64,000 bases of DNA from Macrostomum lignano (Eukaryota). The position numbers were made by a program, and so were the translations under genes. Where the stretch lies: contig NIVC01000029.1 of the NCBI GenBank assembly GCA_002269645.1, positions 1,054,001-1,118,000 on the forward strand, given 5' to 3'. Of this stretch, positions 44,431 through 57,503 are shown piece after piece; position 1 is the stretch's first letter, and each line of letters begins with the position of its first letter. The notes under the pieces were generated by a model that was not told where the DNA came from, did no database searches, and saw only the letters and a list, made by a program, of their open reading frames with translations.

Positions 44431-45129
44431 ATCTGCCCCTCAGCTATGAGCTGGATTCTTTATCTGGCCTTTGAGATAAAAGTCTGCCCATCCCTGCTTG
44501 GAAAGCCAGTTTGTGGGACGTAGTACTCTCATGGTTGTTCTCATGCTTTGATCACGTCATCTTTCTTGAATTCTTGCCAATTTGCAGCCCTGAAAAGAAT
44601 TTGTGTATCTTCAGCTCCACTGCAGTCTGCATCAGTCTAACAACCAAGGAAATACGCATTTCTTAAGAGGCCATTTAAAATTTACACATTACCTTTAAAA
44701 GAAACCTAAAATTTCCATGGTATGCCTAATTTAGTAGGGTTGTATTGCATTGCATCGCATCGCCTTTTCATAAATCTTTCGCTTTTACAAACCATGCTGG
44801 ATAGTGGATTCCCTCGATTTGCCAATTGCCATCCACTGTTAAACTGCTGCAGAGTTTGCCAATACAGAGGGGAGGGCAGTGGTTAGAATTTCTCACTAAA
44901 CTGTTATGGCTAAACATAGCCTCTCCACTCTCGGGGTGCAGAGAAGGCTATAAATAAAGTTATTCCAAAACACTGTACATTTGCTATGTACATTCAGTCC
45001 TATCGCCTGACCCTTCGTCTGGCTCTGGGGGAATGAGTGAGTGAGCGGCACAAACAACAGAAAAAGCAGACAAACTTCACATGCTTACAGTTTCTGTCCT
45101 GATTGAGATACAGAGTTGAGACTTTACAT

Positions 45130-45675
45130 GTAGGCAGAGAATGAGTCAATAAAGAATTGTGTCAAATTTGAAGTCAATCGCTTTATGTGGAGCAAAACTA
45201 TGGCAGCCAAAAGTTAGGCATTTTAAAACCTATTCACACCCTTTGCCCAGATCGGGAAAGAGAGGCAGGCGGGCGAAGGTTGGGGTGGCTGCCTCGCTGA
45301 AAAAACAGCCTAACTTTAAAAGTGCACAGCGGCTTTCAGGATTAACTTTGAGCTTTGAAATTTTACACGATTGTGTCAAAATAGTTGAAAATTGCCTGTG
45401 TCAAATTTGAAGAGAATCGGTAGAAGTGGGGCGGCGCTATAGAGGATTTAGTGAAAAAATCGCGCATTTTGAGCAGTTTTTTGTACTTTTAGGTAGGAAG
45501 ACTTGAGTCTAGGAAATTAAAAGGTAGCCTAAGACATTCTCCATAGTAAGTTTAGGGTGGGTGTAAAGTTTGGTGTCATTTGGTTGAGCGGTTTAGGAGT
45601 CCATAGCGATCAAAATTGTCCACACACAGACAGACAGACAGACAGACAGAGTTTTGATTTTTATATGTAGAGATT
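45130..45675 (+). mobile_element. Helentron/DINE-1-like non-autonomous element
   Basis: Layout AAAGTTTGG..TTGGTTGAGCGGTTTAGGAG..(ACAG)n..TTTTTATATGTAGAGAT matches the 3' organisation recalled for HINE/DINE-1-type elements. Confidence 0.5.
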
Positions 45676-46499
45676 TAAAAAATGGAAATAATAAGTAAAA
45701 CAAAATAGTGATATATACTATTGTTTTAGATATTGTTTTATTAGCCTAGTTATTGTAGAAAAACTAGATTTATTATTTAAAAAATTAATCCATTGTCTTA
45801 AAACTGAAATTAACTTCTACTACAACAAATGATTGCTTAGTGTAATTTACATAATTATGATACATACTTCAATGCATTTATACGCCGCATTGAATTAATT
45901 TTTAACATAATTCAATGTATGTTAAAAATTGTAAGCCAATGAATATGCTAGAAAGTTGTTTTTCCTCTTTGTATGCCACTATGTAGAATGCTAAAGTTAT
46001 ATACAGAACAAATAATAGGGGTCGAGTCACCTCAAAAGCTCTCTGCGGAGGACAATGCCTAGATCCAGGGCCTGATTGACCTGAGCAAGGCAGAAGACAG
46101 TTTGGCCCTTAGAAAGTGGGCTCACAAAATTGAAAAAACACCTTCAGTTTTAATGGAACTAAAAGGTTTATAAAGTTGGTTGCTTTTCTTCCAAAAGTGT
46201 AAGAAAAGATGATACTTTTGCACTTTGATCATATGCAAAGAAGTTCACAATGAAAGAGAGATACACAAAAATCAAATGAAACGTAATTAAGCAATGATTT
46301 TATTATATGGCATTGATTAAATATTGTTGCATTGATTAAATATTGATCCATTGGATAAATATGATTCCATTGGTGCAAGCTTTGGTCAGAAAACACAGGG
46401 ATAAATACAGAGTGCAAAGTGCTGGTTTAAATGTTTTGCGTTGGATAAATATCAAATTATGCACTGTACATAATCATTGAACAGTTCAAAAAAACGCTG

Positions 46500-46710
46500 C
46501 TTTTAGCCAAAAAGCATAAGGAAATGGTAGAAAATCAAAAAAGTTGCTTTTATCTTGAAGCAAAAGGAAATGACAGAAAATTAGTTGTTTTTGCCCTCAA
46601 GCATAAGGAAATGATAGGGAATTAGTTGCTTTTGCCCTCAAGCATAAGGTAATGACAGAAAATTAAAATTAATGCCTGCTTTTATCCCAAAATCATAAGG
46701 AAAAGTAGAA
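46500..46710. repeat. About 41-bp degenerate tandem repeat (AAGCATAAGGAAATGACAGAAAATTAGTTGCTTTT...)
   Basis: About 5 units visible. Confidence 0.75.
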
Positions 46711-48562
46711 ACTTAGAAAATAAAAAATCATCTTTTAGCACATAACAGGTGCAGAGAAAGCTTATAGCAAGATAAAATTTAGAATGCATTTGCAAAATTG
46801 ACTACTAACAGTAATGCACATGATAGTTAGCAACTAGGCACTACATAAAATTTGTTGGTAAATACCTTTTAGACCTCAATTTCCATGCCAATGTTATGCA
46901 GATCCAGGTCACCTTTAGGTAGCACTTCCTGCCAGGCTCGAATAGCTAGCTGCCTCGCAGGTCAAGCTGAGCTGTGGTTGGCTAGTTTGGAGCGGGTGGA
47001 TTGGCAGGGTCAGCTTTGCTTTCATGGCTTGACTTGTAGGGCAGCATCTAGGCCATTCAGTTTGGTGCTATGACTCTTGTGGTCAATCTGCTATCACCTG
47101 CAGCACCTTAATGATATTGTTGCAATGAACCAACATTTCAGCTGGGCATCCTTAGTGGGCTATTGCAAGCTTGATCTAGTACACAACTTTTCCAACTTTG
47201 TGGTCAACTTTATACATGCTTTTGTATAGCCAGTGGAACTTGGGTAGCTCTCCCAACTCAAGCTTTGGGTTGGCCAGGGAGACCAGGTCTCAGGGCCACA
47301 GCTCCACAGGCTTTGGCCAGTTCTTGTAGTACTCTTTTTGGCACTAGATTTCAGCTTGCAGTAGCTGTCGTACAATCCTCTCAGTCTTGGCTAGTCTGCG
47401 CTGATGCTTTGCGATGTACTCGTGGAGGTCAGGCAATATGTCCAGGTGGTCTAGGGTGTTATTGATTGGATACCAATAGGGCACTCCGTAGACAACGTAG
47501 TGCGGCAAGAAACCCGTCATATAGTTGATAGCTGATCTCAAGGCTGTCAAAAAGGCAGGTAATATTTTTTCCCATTGCTGATGGTCTTCTAGAAGACAAG
47601 TGAGCACTTTCTTGATGTTTTTGTTGCATAATTTGGCTTGTCCATTGACCTAAGGTGACTATGGTAGCGTTGTTATTTGCTGGATGCCATAGACTTCGTA
47701 GAAATGTAAAAACTTGTGCCCTGTAAACTGCTTGCCTTGATCCGAATATATCTATGCGGGGATTCCGGTGATTGGAAAGACTTGTTCTTGCAGGAGAGTT
47801 ATGATCGTCTTGGCATGCTGAGTCTTCATGGTGAAGGCAAAAGGATATTTCGACAGTATCAACATAGGTTAGGATGTATTTGTTGCTTTGGTCTGTTGGA
47901 TCTCCAGTGGGGCCCAAGATGTCGATTGTGCATTGCCTATAGATTTTGCAAACTGGGAATAATTGTATATGCACCAGAATTTGTTGCTGTCCCTTGCTTA
48001 AAGTGCAGGTCTGGCAAAAAGTGACATAGTCATACATTGCCTTGGCTAGAGCAGGTTGCCAGAATCTCTCATGCACTTTAGCAATGGTGAGATCTCTATC
48101 CATGTGTTCACAGTAGGGCAAACCATGCAGGTTGGCAAACATGGTAGCATTGAGGCTCTGGTAGGATGATTTGCACTGTGTCCTCCTTGTTGATATTGTC
48201 AAGATATATCACTAATAGCCCATCATCTTGGACTTCTAATTGTTTGTAAAACACTAGCAGGTTTCACTTGTCTCTTGTCAAACTTAATCACTGATTCAAT
48301 AGCGGCTTCGGTTGTTGAATTTCAATTAGATTGATCACCATAGCAATGGCAGAGTCAACATGCTCTAGAGCTCCTCGCGACCTCGTGACTGGCCTTGGGA
48401 TCAGTTAAGTTCAATGTTTGGCATTGGTTGGTAGAATTTGTCAACGCAGCTTTTGGCTGTGGCGGCATGGCGAGGGGACTGGAGCTCCCCTGCATGATTG
48501 CTACTCTGACTGGTTGCCGGGCTGTTGATGAATTTAAAGGCCAATCCTTGTCGGTGGCTTCA

Positions 48563-48773
48563 GCTAGGTTTTTTTTTCGTCCATAACTTGGGTGCGATTT
48601 TGCACCCTGTGCTAGATTTCAGGGTGCGATTTTCAAGACCAGGATGCGCTGCACTGCTGCAGACAAAAACTTGCAAAAATTTGGATGCGCTTTTCGCACC
48701 CTGAGTCAAATTTCAGGGTGCAATTTTTAAGACCAGGATGCTATTCGCACCCATTCGCACAAAAAAACCCAGC
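48563..48773. mobile_element. Small MITE-like insertion inside the gypsy element
   Basis: Ends GCTAGGTTTTTTTT..GGGTGCGA and TCGCACCC..AAAAAAACCCAGC are imperfect inverted repeats; internal duplicated CAGGGTGC(G/A)ATTTT..AAGACCAGGATGC. Confidence 0.5.
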
Positions 48774-51700
48774 GTCAGCCTCACTGTTGTTGGAATTAGA
48801 TTCGTTAGCAGTTGATGATGAGTCAGCAAAGCTATCAGAGTTGCTGCGAAATCACACTCTTTTCTTGAATACTAAATGGCAAGCAGGTTGGCAGCGGTCA
48901 TCACTGATTGCACTGTGGTTGCAGTCCTTGTCACCTTTACCTAGTAGACATCGGCTCCTTGAGGGGCAACATGTGGTGCTACTAAAGCTGGTAGGCAACC
49001 TCTGTGAGTCCTGATAATGGCAGGCAGATGGCCTCTGCTTTGTTGTCGGTAGATGTAGCTCTGTCAGCAGCTTGCTATTGGCTGCTGGTGTTGCTGGCAG
49101 CGTAGTCTCCCCATTAGACTCCTTCGGTTTCGTCAGCAACCTTTATCAATTCTGGCTAGTTGGTTGCCTCTTGCTCAGTGGAGGACTAGGGTGGCTGCTC
49201 TTGTGGACCTTAGGCGCTGCTGCACCCCTTATTGCAGCTGGCTGCTTACTTTGGTCCTCATCAGCTGCCTTACACTAAGCCTCCATGCATTTAGTGTCAT
49301 CCTCAGGCCATCTTAAAAGATTGTTGGCATTCTGGTGCTGACTTGATTTTTGATATTGAATCTCAAACTCAAATTTGCTTAGGCATTGTAGCCATTGTCC
49401 AAAGATACCTACTTGCTGAGTTTGCCTTAGGTTCTAGGTCAGCACTGCATGATCCGTTTGGCAGATGAACTTCTTGGCCAGTAGGTAGAAATAGAAATGT
49501 CGCATGCCATCTATGACTGCCAAGAGTTTCTATTTAGTAATTGGATATCGGGCTTCAGCCAGTTTGAGTCACTGGGAAAAATAGCCAATTGGTCGCTCGA
49601 CTCTGTCAGCTTGGTGTTGGCTCAAGCAGGCTCCAATTCTGGTTGCAGAAGCATCTGTGTCCAGGACAAAGATAACATCAAGATCCTCGCTAAACTGCAG
49701 ATATGCAAGCATTGATGTCAAAGTCATAGCTGACTTGAGCTAGTTGAATTTATCTTGCTGGGCTTTTCCCTATAGACAATTGAATTTTCAAATTTTCTTC
49801 TCTTCAATTAGATCATGGAATAGAGCTGCAAGTTCTGCATAGCCAGGTATGAATTTTGCATAATAAGCGCACATGCAAACAAAGCTTTTCAGTTGCCAAG
49901 CTGTTCTTGGTCTTGGCTAGGTCTGAATTGCTTCAATCTTTGCTGGGTCAGTCTTGATTCCATCTTTCATTACTACATGTCCCAGATAGTTTAGACTTGC
50001 CCAAAATAGATGGCACTTCTTGCCTTTGAACTTTAGATTAGCATCTTAGACTTGCTTGAAAAACTTCCTCTATATGTCATAGATAGTCATTGAATTTCTT
50101 CGAATAAATGATTATGTCATCCCGATAGACAATTTCATTTTTATAGGCAATCCCATTGAGCACAACGTTCATTAGGCGCATAAAGCTGGCTGGTGCCAAA
50201 CTTAGTCCCATTGGTATAACATTGTAGGCAAATTGTCCGCAGTGCAGCGTCACGAAGGCAGCCGGATCTTGATCTTCTATATGCAGTGGGATTTGTTAGT
50301 AGCTGCTATTTAGATCAAATGTACTGAATAGCTAGCTCCCTTCAAGGCTGGCGAATACTTCTTGGATGTTTGGTATCAGGTATGGAAAGTACTCACACTT
50401 CTGGTTCAAATCTTGTATAATTCTCAGACTGCCATCCTTCTTTGGGATGATCTCTAGTAGGGTGTTGTAGCTGGAGAAGCTTAGTCAAATCACACCTTTG
50501 GCAAGTAGATTGTCAAGCAGCTGATCTACCTTGGGCAACAGATGTGGCGGAATCCTTTGTGTTGGCAGATGTACTGGATTCTTGTCTTTTAGCACAATAC
50601 TGTAGGTGACCAGGTGAGTTTGGCCGAGATCGTGTGACCCTTGGGAGAAGATGTTCTTGTACTTCTTTAATAGCTCCATGACTTGAGTGTGCTGGTCACT
50701 GGACAGATCTTCACTGATGTCAATCTCTTTGATCCAATCGTCAGGTTCTATGTCTTGGACTTGATTGACAGAAGCTTCTGACTTCAGCAGCAGGAAGAAC
50801 TGTAGGCGTAGCTTGGGCAGTCTAATTGGTCTCACTATCCCAACTAGGGCATTCGCTTGCACTTTGTTGGATGTAGTGCCTTTGTTGATCATCTTGATTG
50901 TGCCTTCTCTATTAACCATAGATATTAAGGCAGACAGGGTGTCTAGGTGTTGCAAATTGTCTGCGCCAAGCCGGTTTTAGTAGCTCAATCACAGCAGGCA
51001 TCCCTTGATTCTTTTCTTGTCCCTTAGCTAGTTTGATCTTAATTTAGGCTGATGATAGTGGCAGCATGGTTGTGCTCTTGGCCGTGTAGATTCTGCATAT
51101 GGTGGCTTTAGTTTGCGTGTAGCAAAGTGGTGCAGCAGTGCCATCCTTAAAGAACAGCATCTTGGTGGCAAGGTCTAGTGAGGTGCTGTACTTCTCCAGG
51201 AACTCAAAGCCCAGGATGTTGTCATGTGATCCTTTTGCTAGCAGAAACTTGACTGTAGGCTTGGGATTACCAATCTTGACTTTAATAGACAGGTGGCCTG
51301 CCATTTGAATAGGTTCTCTATTATAGGTCACAATGCCCTGCAGACAAGGCTCGATTTGGCCATATAGGGTCGGGTTGTCTATCATAGTTGGTGCCAGGTG
51401 CTAAATTCTAGGACTTCATACTTGGAGCCAGTGTCAAGCAGATAAGCAAAATGGCTGTGAATCTCACTAGTTAAAAATGGATCCCTTCGAGGTTGCTTGG
51501 GTGCAGGGTGCTGTATAGGTATGGCGGAGGTGGTCTTAGCAGTGGCCTGCTGAGTGACTAAAGTCCACGGCAGGGACTTGGGTGCTAGCTTGGCTGCTGG
51601 ATAGCGCTGCCCCCAATGGCGCGTCTAGCCATCCCATTTCCCAAGCTGCTGTTGCGCTGGGACATAGTGCTGGCCAACCATCAATGTAGGCACTCATCAG

Positions 51701-52805
51701 CGCAATGCTCGCGGTTGCATCTGTAGCATATGGCATTGAGGAGTTGTGGGCACCAGACATCAGTTGCGCTGTCACGCGGCTAGTAGCAAGTAGCACGGTG
51801 GTGAGCAGAGGTTCCCATGGCTCCGGGGTATTATTATTGCACAATCCCCATGAGTAGAACTCTCAAATTTTGTTACTCAAAGTCTCTAGTAGACATTGTT
51901 GCTCTTGTAGAGTCTTGGCTTGTTGCTCTATCACTTCACGCAACCTGTTCTCCTCGGGCCAAGATGACTTGCCATCGTGTTGCATTGCAGTTGGCGTCTG
52001 ACTATTATCATCCTTGAGAACCTGGACATGTCTCACTGTTGGCAACAGTGCTGCTCGCTGAGCCAGGCTAGTTGCTGTCTACAAGCGTAGCATGGCCCTC
52101 CTTGCTATAGTCAGATTCTGCAATCGCACCAGGATTAGCTGTTCTCTCATCAACTGAGCAATTTGCATTCCCACAGTGAATTAATTGATCTACCAGTTTA
52201 GCCTCCTTCTGAACTGGGGTAAAATGCAGAAATTGTTACGCTTCTTCTTCTCGGGTTCTTGAAGATGTTCCTAGAAAATAGAACCCGCTGCTCCTAAAGA
52301 AGCTAGATAGCATCGCAGTACTACCTATCGATTTGCCTGAAAATGAACCTAAAACATTAGCCGTGACTTGGTAGGGTTGCTGACACCTTGGTGTGCAGAC
52401 TCAATGCATTGGCGGAGTTGTCTATCCGTTACCTGAAAGAAAAATAACAAGGTTGCTCAGAGCAAAGGCAAATCTGAAAATGTCTCAACAGTCGATCGTC
52501 TTAGTAGAATGCTGCTTGAACCTGAAAACCTGTAAAACCTGAAATGAGAAAGGAGAGCTTAGAGGAGGCTTCACTAGTCAGCTACGATGCTCCGCAAGGC
52601 GTCGCAGTCGGCTCCACGTTGCTCCACAATCTAAAGAAAAATGGCTCGCAGATGCTCCATATTTATAGCCAAGTGGACCCCCAAAAGTCACGAGTTTCAT
52701 GCGGTAAGCGCGTGAAACTTCCCTTTTTGGTCACAAAAATCATGCAAGCGACACGTGATTCAAGTCAACTTCCAAATAAGGCAACACTGTCATATAGCAG
52801 TGGCG

Positions 52806-53077
52806 TGACTCAAGGTCAGTGGCCACGCATGGTATGCGTGCACAGTCACTTGCTTTTCTGTGCTAAAAATAGAATTTGGGCAGATGAGTCATCCTGTTTA
52901 TTCTATCTAGGCAGCCGTTACACTCTGCGCAAGTGATGAGTCATCTTGCTATGCCTCTTAGTGCAAGATGACATTGAGTGTGGCTGCCCATGCCTGCTCA
53001 GGGGATGAGTCATCGGGCAGTAAACACTTAGGCCTAGCACAGGGTAATTCTCTCTCTAGCTCAGGTGGACTGAGTCA
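52806..53077 (-). promoter_or_regulatory. Cluster of five AP-1-type TGA(G/C)TCA sites in the putative LTR U3
   Basis: TGACTCA at 52806; TGAGTCA at 52885, 52937, 53006, 53071; upstream of the minus-strand TATA at 52660. Confidence 0.55.
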
Positions 53078-53155
53078 CTGTGCAGCGGACCACAGCACTC
53101 TTAGGGAAAGCTAGTGAATGCTGCTGAATAGCCGGTTAGTAGCCAGTCACTACAC

Positions 53156-54690
53156 AGGGGGGGGGGAGTTTCACTAGGCCAAAATTTCACTTTGCCAAAA
53201 GCATATTCCTTCACAAGGCCAAAACTTCATTAGGCCAAAACTTCACTTTGCCGAAAAATCATTTAGCATAGTTTTTCTCTAAACCAAAACTTCACTTTGC
53301 CGAAATGACTAGCATGCTTTTTCATAAGGCCGAAACTTCACATTGCCGAAAAATCATTTTAGCAGCCTTTTTCACTAGGCCGAAACTTCACTTGGCGGAA
53401 ACTTCACTTTGCCAAAATGACTAGCATGCTCTTTCATAAGGCCAAAACTTCACAAGGCTGAGAAATCATTTTAGCAGCCTCTTTCATTAGGCCGAAACTT
53501 CACTTTACATCAAAAAAACATTTTCACTAGGCCAAAACTAACATGGTAACATTAAACTGAATCTTTAATTATTAATAATGATTATCATTGTATTATTATT
53601 TTTATTATTATTATTATTGATTAATAATTAATCACTATTATTAATCATTAGTCATTAAACAGACCTTAGAGATCTAGAACTAGAACCTGCTAGATCTACG
53701 AGTCCTTGCACAGACCAATAACAGACAAAAGACCAGGCCTGCATAGGGCTTGTTCCCGCTAGCAGCTAGACTGAAAGGTATGAGCGAGCAATTTAAGAAA
53801 AAAATGGGGAAGAGAGAAGAGAGAATATGAGGCATATAAAAAATCATATACTATTGTACATTGTCTTTTTGATACTAAAAACATACGGGTTGAATTTCAC
53901 AAAAGCCAAAGAATTAGAGACTAAAAGCCATGCATATTCTATAAATTGGAATCCAAGCAAATCTGCATACTTTCAAAGGAGCCTTAAAACAACATACGAG
54001 CACTCTACAACTTAAAAGTCCATCCAACTGAGACAGAAAATGCAATGAAAATAATAAGCAATCACAGTTAACCCCAAATGAAGTAAGGAATGTTAAAAAT
54101 ATTCCATAAAAAAACTGAGTGACCATATCGTGCTCCCACTTTAGTAGCAGTAACACTTAGGTCAAAATAAAGAAACTGATGCAGAGAAATCGTCACTGCT
54201 TGCTTGTGGTTCCATTTTGGATGCTTAAGTTCACATCCCCTTTCAAACATAGTAAGGATGCTGCTAAAATGATTTTTCGGCAATGTGAAGTTTTGGCCTA
54301 GTAAAAGAGGCTGCTAAAGTGATTTTCGGCAATGTGAAATTTTGGCCTAGTGAAAAAGGCTGCTAAAATGATTTTTTGGCCTAGTAAAGTTTCGGCCTAG
54401 TGAAGTTTCGGCCTAGTGAAGTTTCGGCCTAGTGAAGTTTCGGCCTTATGAAAGAGCATGCTAGTCATTTCGGCAAAGTGAAGTTTTAGCCTAGTGAAAG
54501 AGGCTGCTAAGATGATTTTTCGGCAAAGTGAAGTTTCGGCCTAGTGAAGTTTCGGCCTTATGAAAGAGTGTGCTAGTCATTTCGGCAAAGTGAAGTTTCG
54601 GCCTAGTGAAGTTTCGGCCTAGTGAAAGAGGCTGCTTTTTGGCGAAGTTAAATTTCGGCCTAATGAAAGCGCCCCACTACACTCTCCCTG
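53156..54690. mobile_element. Foldback-type element with inverted minisatellite arms (GGCCGAAACTTCACT units)
   Basis: The 53170-53540 arm is the reverse complement in unit structure of the 54270-54670 arm (AGTGAAGTTTCGGCCT); CAGGG...CCCTG ends; AT-rich centre. Confidence 0.75.
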
Positions 54691-55071
54691 TCCAAAATAA
54701 ATTGCAGCAGCGGAATAATGATTCAATTTTATTTGAAAAACAAAATCGGCTCTGACAAGGCCACTGAGTAAAGGATGTTTAGTGCTAATTTGGCTACAGA
54801 ACAAAACAAGAAAATTGCACGCCAGTCAAAAAGATGGTGTACTATGGCGTAAAATTTAAAAAGGCAACGTGAATTGCGTACAGTATTGATTGCAGAATAA
54901 AGAGTAAGAATTATAGATTAATTAGAGTAAAATATTTGAGATTGAGAGATTAATTAATTTTGAGTATTACTAAACTTTTTTTGATAAAATTGAGATGAAA
55001 TATGAGTTAGATTTTTTTTTGTTTATGATTAAGGATTGTTTATGACCTTATTGGCCTAAAATTGGATAGAA

Positions 55072-56137
55072 TTAAAAATGTACAAATTTATTGAATTTGG
55101 CCGGCACATCAGTTGCGAGGCCCAAGAAGAATAGCAGTTTAATTATAGCTAATTCTAGTGACGTAGCATGCGGCAGATGAGGCGGGAGAGCAGTAGCCAT
55201 TCGATAAGCGATGTCTTCTATGGCCCGGCACCTTTCTTCTGGAGCGGCGGCAGGGAATTTGGATCTGATCCCCTCCGGCCACTTTTGGCAGAGTTGCCCC
55301 TTCAGTCCAGCTGATAGCAGGAGCTCAGTAAGCATGACAATGGCTTTCTCAGATATTGAGCTCGGGCAGTTGCTCTGGGTTCCTGCGTCTACTAGTTGCG
55401 GTTGAGCCCGGGTAGCAGCGCTGATCGCCTCTGCTAGTTCTGTTTTGCTGAACAAGCGGGGCGGCGACGGCACTGGTGATGGTCGGCGGAATTGAGGAGT
55501 CGGCGGCGTGGGCGGTGTCGGGATGTCATCCAAATTGATGACGTCAGGCTAAGGCAGTGGTGTTAATATGCCCAAATAATGTCCTGGCGGCGGCGAGAGT
55601 GGCTGAGGTGGCGTGTGCAGCACCTCATTTCTCGCGTCTAGCAATTCAGGAGCTGCTACAATCGGCAAAGTTGGGGTGTTGGCAGCCAGCAGGTCCTGCA
55701 GTGCCGGGAGCTGGTCTTCATCTGGCTCTTCTTGCAAGGAGCTTGACATACTCCCGAACAGTTGGAGCACATCCTCAGCTTGGCGCTGGTGAACGGGCAA
55801 GCCCTGCGCCTGAGGCTCGGCTAGCGGCTGCACCAGTGGAGAATCAGGTCGGGCTGGCGAAATCAGCTTGTCAACTGCTGGCGGCCGAGAGTCAGCCTGG
55901 ACTGCTCGAAGCAGATCTAGCCGGAGCCGGATAGCGGCGGCTCGCTCCCTGGCGACCGCAAGAGGATCGCCGCGATGAGATGGCTGTAGCAGCGCCAACC
56001 GGCGCACCTCCATCCGGGGTTCTTGATGCGGATGCTCGTCCTAATGGCTTCGGCGCCTACATGCCGGGTCTTGCGCTGGTGCTGGGATGACTTGGGTTCG
56101 GCCGGCAGGTAGGGTGGGCCGCGTCCGTTTGCGTCCA
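55072..56137 (-). pseudogene. About 355-codon Pro/Ala-rich ORF of unknown family, interrupted by two in-frame TAG codons
   Basis: ORFs 55549-56013 and 55072-55533 share one frame, which extends to 56136 (GRKRTRP...). TAGs at 56043-56041 and 55551-55549; GC-rich island preceded by a CAG acceptor at 56140-56138. Confidence 0.6.
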
Positions 56138-56769
56138 CTGGCCGGCGAGGACAAGAAATATTTGAAATGGGACCTGTCTCACTAGGATTAGTAATTGGCC
56201 AGAGAACTGAATATTAGTTGTTATTGTTATTAGTTAAAATAGATTGGATGGTCAGTCAAGAAAGGAGCTGGTCATGATGGGAGACTAGGCTTATACATAT
56301 AGAAGTATAAGCCTTTGTAAAGGGACATAGAGGTCCCTTTTTATCTTGGAGTCTGGGATGCGGCTGCAAAAAAAGTCTGCTAGAGTCCTAACAATGGTTG
56401 GGACAGTGGTCAAAAATGAGAGTCTGGCTGGGAAAGGAGGGGTGCAGACTTAAATATGCTCTCATGAGCTACTAAGAGGACATGAGGACATCAAATTTTT
56501 GAGGGAGGGGGCCGCATTTAAACAATTAATAGAGTTATAACAAAAAATGGACTTATTGTGGGATTTAAACAAATGGAGAGAAATTACCTGATTGGTTGCA
56601 ATAAAATGTTCGGGTTTAGCTACTGTTAGTAATATAGATAGTTCATACAACCCTGCCTCACTTGCTAAGAGTATTATCTGCAATAAATGCAATAGATGCC
56701 AGCCTATTCAACAAGTTATTAAACAGCTACTACACACGTCTCAAATGCAACACTGCTGTGCTCCTTGCT

Positions 56770-56935
56770 AAATCTCCAACCACTTACTAAAGGCATCCAC
56801 AATCAGGTAGGTACAACTGTTAATAGGGTGAAGTCCAGGTCTGTCAACTTCTCCATCTTAAACTCCATCTTAATCGCCTTTGCTAGTGATCTCACTCCAT
56901 TGATGTCGATGCAGTGACCCAGGTACTTAAAGTTA
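56770..56935 (-). mobile_element. Internally deleted gypsy fragment (RT end fused to integrase core)
   Basis: Translates FKYLGHCIDINGVRSLAKAIK followed by DLDF...TYLIVDAFSKWLEI. Confidence 0.65.
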
Positions 56936-57503
56936 ATTCAGTTCAATAAAAATTGTCTATAATGATAGGTTAAAGTTTCAATCTGACAGTATACAAGGAT
57001 CACTATAGGTTTTTAGACAAGAAGTTGCACAGCACTTCTGGTGTGGGCAAATAAGGATGTAGCAGCAGCTAGATACAGTGCTGTGTTATGCATTTTGGTC
57101 TGGTGTCCAGTCATTGGTATGTGGACTGACATTGTCATGGTCCCACAGAAAGCTGTCAAGTCATGTGCCATTTAATAGCCACTGTGCACTGCTTTTCAAT
57201 AAAAACAATTCAATAAAAATTTCAACTGTAGCTTTTAAAACGTATCTACTAACACACTACAAGTGATAGGTTCTATTATAACAGTTAGCATTTATGGAAT
57301 TACCTTTTATGTTAGTTATTTTTCACAAATTAAAATTGCTGACAATTAAGGTTAGGTTATGGCTAGGGTTGGCAGTAAAATCGCATTAGAAGTGAATTGT
57401 TTTTTATCGAAATTTTATGATTTAATAATTTAAAATTTCCAATTTTCAGGTCAGCCAAGCCCAAAAACTAGTTAGAGTCAATTAACTCAATACTGGTTGC
57501 GCC

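Larger units (their letters stand above)
46900..53154 (-). mobile_element. Degenerate Ty3/gypsy LTR retrotransposon (gag-PR-RT-RH-IN) with a putative 5' LTR at about 52390-53154; no 3' LTR found
   Basis: Protease LLDTGS (about 51440); RT KKYKNIFSQGSHDLGQTHLV..IPPHLLPKVDQLLDNLLAKGVI, DGSLRIIQDL, PMGL..APASFMRLMN, YRDDIII (50100-50700); integrase HERFWQP..CQTC, IDILGP (47350-48150). Many stops and frameshifts. The minus strand starts TGTAGTGA at 53154, with TATAAATA at 52667-52660. Confidence 0.85.

Noticed and set aside
44902-45052. Solo LTR (TGTTA...GGCACA with TATA/AATAAA)
   Set aside because: No convincing TSD and no second copy in the window.
46840-46856. 3' LTR start of the gypsy element (TGTAGTGCC on the minus strand)
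   Set aside because: Only 7 nt match the 5' LTR start, there is no polypurine tract before it, and the similarity does not continue.
50100-50340. APOBEC/RIP-like hypermutation of the gypsy RT (a TGG to TAA change in YWQ)
   Set aside because: Other Trp codons in the element are intact; ordinary decay explains it without a statistical test.
53914-54283. Captured membrane-protein gene fragment in the foldback centre
   Set aside because: Short hydrophobic ORFs in AT-rich DNA with no recognisable family motif or splice structure.
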